Below are positions 55,130-64,000 of a DNA stretch of 64,000 nucleotides, one piece after another (the first letter of the stretch is position 1; each line of letters opens with the position of its first letter). The notes beneath the pieces were generated by a model. That model had not been told where the DNA came from and did no database searches. It worked only from the letters and a program-made list of their open reading frames with translations. The translations under genes and the position numbers were made by a program. Source of the DNA: Eledone cirrhosa (Eukaryota); NCBI GenBank assembly GCA_964016885.1, contig OZ024741.1, positions 107,694,001 to 107,758,000 of the forward strand, read 5' to 3'.

Positions 55130-55226
55130 TTTTCCGTATAAGACAAAAGCTGAAAAATATCTTTTGACATGCTAAAATACCCCCATTGCTTTCAGACACA
55201 TTCTTACTGACCATCCAATTACTCTG

Positions 55227-55304
<78 letters not shown>

Positions 55305-55387
55305 ATCTTAATAGCCATTTGACACACATCGCTCTGGCCATTGTCGCAGCATCGAACACCTTACTACTACTACTACACACACACACA

Positions 55388-55471
<84 letters not shown>

Positions 55472-55487
55472 TATTTGTTGTGAAAGA

Positions 55488-55725
55488 GTCATTTCTCAAT
55501 CTTGGCGCAAAACCAATTTTTATCCACATGACCTCTACCGACCAATCAAAATTGTTTTGACCAAGAATTTTTGCTCGAGCCACTTTTTTAACATAAAAAC
55601 AGTCTTGGCGCAAAATCAACTTTTTACATTCACATGACCTCTACCGACCAATCAAAATTGTTTTGACCACAAGCATTTTTGCAACACAAAAATAACGCTG
55701 GAGCCACTTTTTTAACATAAAAACA
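55488..55725 (+). repeat. About 105-bp tandem duplication with CCAAT boxes in the PLE 3' region
   Basis: tcttggcgcaaaa...gacctctaccgaccaatcaaaattgttttgacca occurs twice. Confidence 0.8.
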
Positions 55726-55943
55726 GGTAGGATTCCCAAAACTAATCAGATCAGAGCAAACAGCACGGACACTCTATCTCAAAATTATTTTTGAAAAGCA
55801 TTTAGAAATGCGCAACCGGTAAAAACTTAAAAAAACTTAAAACCACAACTGAATACTAACCCATACAATCACTAATACTCTTTTATTCCTAATTAAACCA
55901 TTTTTCAACTGTGAACAATTTGTCAGCATTTTCTATTCCGTTT

Positions 55944-56057
<114 letters not shown>

Positions 56058-56158
56058 TTATATATATATATATATGTATGTAGATTTATATATATATATA
56101 TAAATTAATAAAGTAATGAATAAACAAAGAAGCAGTTCCTTATATTAAAAAAATTCAT

Positions 56159-56292
56159 CATTTTACGATCGTTTCTAGGATATATATGTGTTAGTGTTGG
56201 TATGCATATTCTATAGATCTATGTAAAATATTTATACAAACTATCAGAGGGAATATACATACCTACACATATATATGCTGTCTTCAGAAATA
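56159..56292 (-). ncRNA. Hammerhead ribozyme with extended stem II
   Basis: Near-exact reverse complement of 60251-60384. Confidence 0.7.
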
Positions 56293-56983
56293 ATGATATT
56301 TGTTTATTGAAAAAAACAAAGATTTAATACAATAGGTCTGTTTGGGAACAGGTTTTGAATTGACCAATAGAGAGATAGTGAGGGTCAAGATAGTAATCTA
56401 GTAGTAAAAGAACCTTAAATTATGGGTAGAGGAAGGTAGATTTCAGTTTTGGATGGAAAAGAATATTATGAATGAAAGATTATTTTAGGGATGAACATAG
56501 TTCGTATGCTGACCTCAGAAATGATTATATTTGTTCATTGAATAAAACCAACAAAGATTTGATATAGTCTGTCTGTTTGGTAACAGGTTTAGAATTAACC
56601 AATAGAAAGTTAATAATTGGCCAAATGGTAAAATAGTAGTAATTGAAGTTTATTTTAGGTGTAGATGAAGGTAGATTTCATTTTTGAATGGAGTGTGAAG
56701 ATTGAGGTTATTTTAGGGGTGAAAATAGGTCAGGTCAGTAAAAGGTATACGAACAGTTGCTGTTATAAAATAGTATTGCCAATGCTAATATTTAAGGAGA
56801 CTAAAATTTTACGATAAGAGTGTTAGTGAAAAAAATACATCCATGAAAAGAATATTAATTAATTTAATTGATGGGTATATTTATATTGATAAAATTATAC
56901 TAATGCATATAGATATGATAAATAAGAGTTAGATGTAGTTGAAGAGTGCTGTTAAAGATGAGGGGAAATTAATAGAATATAAA

Positions 56984-57023
<40 letters not shown>

Positions 57024-57037
57024 ACACACACATATTC

Positions 57038-57080
<43 letters not shown>

Positions 57081-57349
57081 TATACACACATATACATATA
57101 TATATACACATACACATACATACACATACATATAATTATTGGGGGGGAGTTAAATTTATTATAAATATATAGAGATTTCAAGGAACATAGAGTCATAACC
57201 TGAAATTAAAGCATTACTTAATGGTATCAGTTTTAGGAAATGATAGTTGTAAGAAGGAAAGTAAAATTATGTAGTTCATCAGTAGTAGAATATTAATTAT
57301 AGGTCAACTAAATTAAAAATAGTTTATATATTAATTTCTAAGATGTATA

Positions 57350-58885
57350 TTAATTAGGTTTATAATATTTAAAGGTTTTTCTCAGTTTGTGATTACACGA
57401 TATTATTAATTCCTGTCGCTTATTTAATAGGATATCCTTAGATTTCATTATTTCAAAAAGTTCTTGGGAACATAATCTACATTCATATCTATTATTTTGA
57501 TAAGAGGTGGCCCTTTTGAGCACACTCCAGGTTAGGTCATAATCTATATTCCTCTTTCTATAATTATTAATTATTTCAGCTAGAGATGTTGTATTAGCTA
57601 GTGCGGCATTTTTAAAGCTATGTTTGTGGGTATTAAATCTTACCTTAAATTTGTTAGAGGTAGCTCCTATATATGAATAAATTGAGTCTTTAGTGTTAAC
57701 TTTACATTTATATACTATGTTATTAACAAGGCAATTTCCTTTTAATGGGCAGTTTGCCTTGTTTCTACAGTTACAACTTGTCGTGAATCCTGTATCCGAG
57801 GAGATATTATGGTTAGTTTGATGTACTGGTGGTGTACTCATGTTTTTTTTACATTTATATGTATTGTAGGCACTTATATTTTGTTTTATGTTTTTGGTTG
57901 TTGAGTAGGAGAATTTAACCGTTGGTCTATTTAAAATTTGATGGTATTTGTGGTTTGGCGGGAAGTTCTTCTCTAGGATATTAAAGAATTTTTTAGGTAT
58001 ATTATCCTTAATTTGTAAATTAAATGGAGCATTATACCAAGTAACTCGTCTATTACGGTTTCGATGTTGTTTATTATTTTTATAGGATGTATCCTGATGT
58101 TTATTAAGAAAATTATTGTTAATGACTTCACCACACACATTTTTAGTTAGATTTATTGATTTAGGTGTTTTAGCTTGTTTATTAGGAGTTTTATTATTAC
58201 CATTTATTAGAGTTGTAGGATGAGTGGTTTTTTGAGAGTTACTATATTGTATATTAGAAGAGTTAGAGAAATTTGGTTTTATGTTGGTATTTTGGGGTAT
58301 AGTGTGAGTGGCATTTAGGTGTGCATGTTTCATTTGGTGTTTGTTGGTAATATTAGGTTGTGTGTTTGTAGTGTTATTGGTACAAGGTATATATACTAAT
58401 TTATTTTTGTGGCCACTTCTAGCTAGAGCTTCGTTATAAAAGGTCGCATTTTTATCAAATACATCCTGGTTAGACGAAAGGTTAGAAATTCTAAAATGAT
58501 ATATTATATGCAAGGTTTTTAAGGATAGATTTAGGGTGATTAGATTGTGAGTGTATGTAGTGTAAATTTTGGTTAGGTTTATGGTAAGGTTGGTAGATAC
58601 CCGTAGATAAGTCTAATGTTATATCAAGGAAATTAACTACTTTACTTGTGTTTTCAAATGTAATATCTAGACTATAATAGTCTTTAAGGAAAGTTCTAAT
58701 AAGCTTCTTATTTTTTTCAATCTCTGAAAGGCTAAGGAAAGAAGAAGACAGTCGTCACGATATAAACCACCTTTAAGGTGGGGAAAGGAAGCATTTATGT
58801 TGAAAAGAAGAAAGAGGCCCACAAGATCAGTAATTTGGGCAGAATCACTTGAGCCCATAGTAATATCGAATAGATTACTATATGT
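57350..58885 (-). pseudogene. Naiad-like PLE RT C-terminus, linker and GIY-YIG, disrupted
   Basis: MGSSDSAQITDLVG, LYRDD, WYNAPF, CNCR..CPLKGNC, IVY..YIG, CRLC..E, LLNKRQEL..SCNH. Confidence 0.92.
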
Positions 58886-59473
58886 GTTTCTGTAAAAATG
58901 CCGCACTAGCTAATACAACATCTCTAGCTGAAATAATTAATAATTATAGAAAGAGGAATATAGATTATGACCTGACCTGGAGTGTGCTCAAAAGGGCCAC
59001 CCCTTATCAAAATAATAGATATGAATGTAGATTATGTTCCCAAAAACTTTTTGAAATAATGAAATCTAAGGATATCCTATTAAATAAGCGACAGGAATTA
59101 ATAATATCGTGTAATCACAAACTGAGAAAAACCTTTAAATATTATAAACCTAATTAATATACATCTTAGAAATTAATATATAAACTATTTTTAATTTAAT
59201 TGACCTATAATTAATATTCTACTACTGATGAACTACATAATTTTACTTTCCTTCTTACAACTATCATTTCCTAAAACTGATACCATTAAGTAATGCTTTA
59301 ATTTCAGGTTATGACTCTATGTTCCTTGAAATCTCTATATATTTATTATAATTTTAACTCCCCCCCCCAATAATTATATGTATGTGTATGTATGTGTATG
59401 TGTATATATATATGTATATGTGTGTGTATATATATGTATATATATATATATGTGTATGTGCATGTGTGTGTGT

Positions 59474-59566
<93 letters not shown>

Positions 59567-60250
59567 ATTTTTATATTCTTTTAATTTCCCCTCATCTTTA
59601 ACAGCACTCTTCAACTACATCTAACTCTTATTTATCATATCTATATGCATTAGTATAATTTTATCAATATAATTATACCCATCAATTAAATTAATTTATA
59701 TTCTTTTCATGGATGTATTTTTTTCACTAACACTCTTATCGTAAAATTTTAGTCTCCTCATTGGCAATACTATTTTATAACAGCAACTGTTCGTATACTT
59801 TTTACTGACCTGACCTATTTTCACCCCTAAAATAACCTCATTCTTCACACTCCATTCAAAACTGAAATCTACCTTTATCTACCCCTAAAATAAACTTCAA
59901 TTACTACTATTTTACCATTTGGCCAATTATTAACTTTCTATTGGTTAATTCTAAACCTGTTACCAAACAGACAGACTATATCAAATCTTTGTTGGTTTTA
60001 TTCAATGAACAAATATAATTATTTCTGAGGTCAGCATACGACCTATTTTCATCCCTAAAATAATCTTTCATTCATAATATTCTTTTCCATCCAAAACTGA
60101 AATCTACCTTCCTTTACCCATAAATTAAAGTTCTTTTACTACTAGATTACTATCTTGACCCTCACTATCTCTCTATTGGTCAATTCAAAACCTGTTCCCA
60201 AACAGACCTATTGTATTAAATCTTTGTGTTTTTCAATAAACAAATATCAT

Positions 60251-60384
60251 TATTTCTGAAGACAGCATATATATGTGTAGGTATGTATATTCCCTCTGAT
60301 AGTTTGTATAAATATTTTACATAGATCTATAGACTATGCATACCAACGCTAACACATATATATCCTAGAAACGATCGTAAAATG
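60251..60384 (+). ncRNA. Hammerhead ribozyme with extended stem II
   Basis: tattt-CTGAAGA-..atatatatgtgt..ggtatgtata...tatgcatacc..acacatatatat..-GAAAC-gatc-GTA-aaatg. Confidence 0.7.
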
Positions 60385-60773
60385 ATGAATTTTTTTAATA
60401 TAAGGAACTGCTTCTTTGTTTATTCATTACTTTATTAATTTATCTTGACTCTGTTTTCCGTTAATTTTCACCGAAAATAGTTTTTGAATGCATCTTCTCT
60501 TTTCATGATATCCGGATTACATTGAGTTCTTCATACGGATTGGACACTACCGTAAATTTTTGGTAGATTTATCTACATATATATATATATATATGTATAT
60601 AGATATAGATAGGTAAATATACACGGGTGTGTATGATTGTGTATAGAAGATTATATTAATAAGAGGAATTCTAACTTTGTCTGATTTACTCGTTTTATTT
60701 ACAATCCTTTAAAATATATATAATGGTATTATAATGAAATAGTATGATAGAATATTAAATTCTAAGTGTTAAT

Positions 60774-60812
60774 TGAACAAGTACTTTCATGCTTTCGCAA
60801 TCTTCAGGTTCA
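60774..60812 (-). ncRNA. Minimal hammerhead ribozyme in the pLTR of the 61.2-64 kb PLE
   Basis: Reverse complement: tgaac-CTGAAGA-ttgc gaaa gcat-GAAAG-ta-CTT-gttca; palindromic AAGTACTT. Confidence 0.8.
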
Positions 60813-60934
60813 TGATATGTGGTGACAGTCGAGTTTGCAATTTTCAACTGTAATGAGATGGGTAAATTTCCTACCTTTTATACATTTTATACAGAGAAAA
60901 GTGGCTCCAGAATGCAAAGCCCTGTAAACTGTAT

Positions 60935-61022
60935 TTCGACCAATCAGTGTGTAGTTTCACTGAATTACTACAGCTGATTGGTTTAAGCGTCACGGCTGGT
61001 TGAGCATGCTAACGACCAATAG
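60935..61022. promoter_or_regulatory. CCAAT-box cluster in the PLE pLTR, upstream of the HHR
   Basis: GACCAATCAG, TGATTGG and GACCAAT within 90 bp. Confidence 0.45.
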
Positions 61023-61187
61023 TCATATCCAACGTATCAATTGTTTTGCTTTTTTGAAATGATGAAAATAGCATTTTCTATTAATCATCACCATCAACAT
61101 CACTTTTATTATTATTATTATTGTTGTTGTTGTTGTTGTTAGTGGTCGTGGTCATAGTGGTAGTAGAAGTAATACCCCTAGGCGTTA

Positions 61188-63500
61188 TTATTGTTCATTT
61201 AGCTTGGGTTTGAATTTATCAATAAAATTCTTTTCTTTGATTTTTCTCTTGATTTCACTTGGGCTGTGTAATTTGTAGAATGGGAATATTATAAATATTC
61301 CCTGACCACATGTTGCCAGGTGGCCGCTTAGGGGTATCTGACGGACATTTGGGTCTCTGATTTGTTGACGGTGTACCCGTGCACGTTCCGATAGTGCATT
61401 TCCAGTTTGACCGACATATAGTTCTTCACAATTCGGGCATTTAATGCAGTAAATTAGATTTCTGCTTTTGCAGTTCATATTTGCATTTGTGAATATTTTT
61501 CCAGTTTTTGTTTTCATATATTGACCGGCGTGTATGGATTGACATGTGCCGCATCGATTATCATTGCATTTAGATACAGTGAATGATTGGTCTTTGTTGT
61601 TAAGGTCAAACTTTGCTTTTGTTAGCAATTGCTTCAAATTTTTTGGCTGTCTTTTACTAAGAGTCAAAGATCGATCTGTGATTAAGCCTTTTAATTCATT
61701 ACTTTGAGCAATGATCGGTAGGTTTGCTTTGGCAGTGTTGAAGATATTCTGGTGACATGGGTTGTGTGTCATTATAAATGGTATGACCAGTTCTTGGTTT
61801 CTTCTTCTTTGGGTTGTTCTAAGTTGTTGTATAGGTATTTTTATAGCCCGCTGTATGCCATTTTCTATAAGTAGAGATGGGTATTTTTGTTTGAGCAAAA
61901 ATTCTCTTAGTTCTGTTAGGCGTTTGTACCTGGTATTCGTATCTTCTACAATGGTACAAATTCTTCTGGCTAGGCAGTATGGGATGTTGCGTTTTGTATG
62001 AGGTGGATGGCACGACTTAAAATTCAGATATTGATGGGTGTCTGTGTGTTTATAATATATATCCGTGGTAATGGTGGTGTCGTTTTTGATTATCATTATA
62101 TCTAGGAATGGTAATTTGGTCCTACTCATCTCTTTTGTGAATTGGAGAGATGGGTGTAGGTTATTCAGGAGGATATTGAACTCATCCAGAGTATCTAGAG
62201 ATTCTGTCCAGATGATGAAACAGTCGTCAAGGTATCTCTTCCAAGATTTTTCAATGTACTTTCTAAAGTCAGTACTATATTTTTCCTCTATTTCTTGGTA
62301 GAGTTGTTGTTCTAAGTATCCCATTACAGAGTTCGCGTAAACGGGAGCAAACTTCGTTCCCATCGCTGTGCCTCTAATTTGGATGTAATTCTTTCCATTG
62401 AAGAAGAAAGTGTTGTTTTCCAGAATAAGTTTAACTGCGTCTAATATAAATGGCGCTGTGAATCTAATGGGAATCACTTCTCTATGTTTTTCCACCCAGT
62501 ATTTAACCGCCTTTATTCCTAAATCATGTGTAATGTTGGTGTAAAGGCTTACCACATCAAAACTGAGTAGAAGTGAATTCGTTTCCGTGGTTTTGGGAAG
62601 ATGGGACAGGAAGTCGATATCATCCCGGATGAAACTGGGTATGTGAATACATAGTGGTTTCAAAATAATGTCAACAAAATTGCTTAGACGGTGAGTGGGG
62701 CATGTTGGACCAGCTATAATAGGTCTAAGTTTTAAGTCTTTTGGGTGTAATAATTTAATGTACTCACTGTTTTGTTCTCTTACTGCCAGTTGTATTTCTT
62801 TTGACTTGTGAACTTTCGGTAGGCCATACAGGTTGCTGGGTTTCGGCTCAAAATTGGTGATGTAGTCTCTTTCCTTATCAGTAAATGAGTTGTGGTATTT
62901 TGAAGCCAGGTTGTTGATCTTCTTCATGATGTTGTGGTCTATATTTGACGGTATTTCATGATAGAATGTTGTGTCTTTCAGTTGTTCCTCAACCAAATCC
63001 TTGTAGTATTCAGTATCCATTATAACAACTGCACCCCCTTTATCTGCTTGTTTAATTATTATTGTTTTGTCATTTTGTATACGTTTAAGTGCAGACATTT
63101 CTGATTTGTTAATGTTTGGCCTAACATTAGTATTATGTCTAAGAGGAAATTTAGACAGGATGTCAATGTATTGGTCGAGATAGATATTTCTTCCTTTTGG
63201 CGGAGTGAAATTTGATTTATTCTTTACTAGTGATTCATCACTCTCATTATTTTTATCAGCGAAGAATTCTACAAGACGTAATTTTCGACAGAATTCTTGG
63301 GTATCCTCCTTCAGTTCTTGGTGGTTGACTGTTGGAGTCGGTGTGAATTTCAGTCCTTTTGACAGAATTTGCATTTCATCATTGTCAAGATCTCTTTTAG
63401 ATAAATTAATTATTTTAGGATCTACGTGTACAGCTGTTTTGGGTATGTTTCCTCCTGGAGTTTTTCTTTTTCCGGTTTTTGTTGTCCTGACGTTAAAAAA
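61188..63500 (-). CDS. Intact Neptune/Poseidon-like PLE RT-GIY-YIG ORF
   Basis: Frame is open from the slippery site at 63500 through IINLS..LSKGLKFTPTP, ADKGG, YGLPKVHK, FDVVSLY, GTAMGT, RYLDD, LIY..YVGQT to the stop at 61188. Confidence 0.95.
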   Translation of the reverse strand, partial: FFNVRTTKTGKRKTPGGNIPKTAVHVDPKIINLSKRDLDNDEMQILSKGLKFTPTPTVNHQELKEDTQEFCRKLRLVEFFADKNNESDESLVKNKSNFTPPKGRNIYLDQYIDILSKFPLRHNTNVRPNINKSEMSALKRIQNDKTIIIKQADKGGAVVIMDTEYYKDLVEEQLKDTTFYHEIPSNIDHNIMKKINNLASKYHNSFTDKERDYITNFEPKPSNLYGLPKVHKSKEIQLAVREQNSEYIKLLHPKDLKLRPIIAGPTCPTHRLSNFVDIILKPLCIHIPSFIRDDIDFLSHLPKTTETNSLLLSFDVVSLYTNITHDLGIKAVKYWVEKHREVIPIRFTAPFILDAVKLILENNTFFFNGKNYIQIRGTAMGTKFAPVYANSVMGYLEQQLYQEIEEKYSTDFRKYIEKSWKRYLDDCFIIWTESLDTLDEFNILLNNLHPSLQFTKEMSRTKLPFLDIMIIKNDTTITTDIYYKHTDTHQYLNFKSCHPPHTKRNIPYCLARRICTIVEDTNTRYKRLTELREFLLKQKYPSLLIENGIQRAIKIPIQQLRTTQRRRNQELVIPFIMTHNPCHQNIFNTAKANLPIIAQSNELKGLITDRSLTLSKRQPKNLKQLLTKAKFDLNNKDQSFTVSKCNDNRCGTCQSIHAGQYMKTKTGKIFTNANMNCKSRNLIYCIKCPNCEELYVGQTGNALSERARVHRQQIRDPNVRQIPLSGHLATCGQGIFIIFPFYKLHSPSEIKRKIKEKNFIDKFKPKLNEQ

Positions 63501-64000
63501 TGAATTTTTCTCTGTTCAAGATTTATATTCCTGTTGGTGTTCGCTTGATGAACTTTTGGTCGTGATATTATATTTGGTTTCGTTATGTATTTTGTCCTAT
63601 TTTTGGTATTCTGTATATTATTTTTCTTCCTGCTAGCATTATTTTTAACAATCTGGGAAAATGACCTAGGTTTGCTTTCAGGTTTAGATCGTTTTTTCGT
63701 CCAGTTTCTTGTGGGCAATCTCTGTTGAGATCTTGAGAGTGATCTGGTTATTCTACGTTTTGTTTCCACATTCCTTGTTGGTAGTCTCTGTTGAGATCTT
63801 GAGAATGATCTCCTGGTTTTACTACTTCTCATGGTCTGGTCAAAGGAATACCTATCGTGTTTGTGCTTTTTGTTCATGTTGTGTGCGATAGGGTGTTTTT
63901 GTAGAAAAAGCGAAGAGTTATTACCGTAGTTCTTCTTTGATTCAAGGTAAGGTGAGTGTTTGTGTTGGCACGTGTTCTGGCGTATGTTGTGTTGATGAGA
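63422..64000 (-). CDS. Arg/Ser/Lys-rich upstream ORF of the PLE; runs off the window edge
   Basis: No stop from 64000 to 63425; 22-aa repeat RS.SRSQQRLPTRN; ends ...KIHFLT... Confidence 0.7.
   Translation of the reverse strand, partial: SHQHNIRQNTCQHKHSPYLESKKNYGNNSSLFLQKHPIAHNMNKKHKHDRYSFDQTMRSSKTRRSFSRSQQRLPTRNVETKRRITRSLSRSQQRLPTRNWTKKRSKPESKPRSFSQIVKNNASRKKNNIQNTKNRTKYITKPNIISRPKVHQANTNRNINLEQRKIHFLTSGQQKPEKEKLQEETYPKQLYT

Larger units (their letters stand above)
56100..60577. mobile_element. Naiad-like PLE, 5'-truncated, with 1.5-kb inverted arms (56100-57613 / 58894-60442)
   Basis: Near-identical inverted duplication of the GIY-YIG end and 3' UTR; (TA)n at both outer ends. Confidence 0.93.

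Noticed and set aside
58882-59157. Separate 91-aa gene
   Set aside because: It is the inverted duplicate of the GIY-YIG C-terminus of the adjacent PLE.

Overview
AT-rich, repeat-saturated eukaryotic DNA. The SINE families and the (TA)n/(CA)n/(GA)n density look like an Octopus/cephalopod genome; this rests on my recall of those repeats, not on a search. No host protein-coding gene is convincingly present, and most short ORFs in the track are microsatellite artefacts. The window is dominated by Penelope-like retroelements (PLEs; RT + GIY-YIG). There are two Neptune/Poseidon-like copies (51.7-55.9 kb +, 60.6-64 kb -), three Naiad-like copies or relics (5.8-10.3, 32.5-33.9, 56.1-60.6 kb) and a GIY-YIG 3' fragment (50.4 kb). 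Also present are Tx1/L1 and RTE fragments, a deleted mariner, two hAT relics, Helitron-like ends and many tRNA-derived SINEs. Three observations stand out. (1) About 12 near-canonical and about 10 degenerate or half minimal type I hammerhead ribozymes (HHRs) occur in 64 kb. Several lie in non-coding, promoter-bearing 280-670 nt tandem monomers resembling retrozymes. (2) These elements repeatedly form fold-back (inverted) insertions within (TA)n tracts. (3) Both Neptune-like PLEs have an upstream basic ORF joined to the RT ORF by the same T-TTT-TTA slippery heptamer in exact -1 register, suggesting programmed ribosomal frameshifting.
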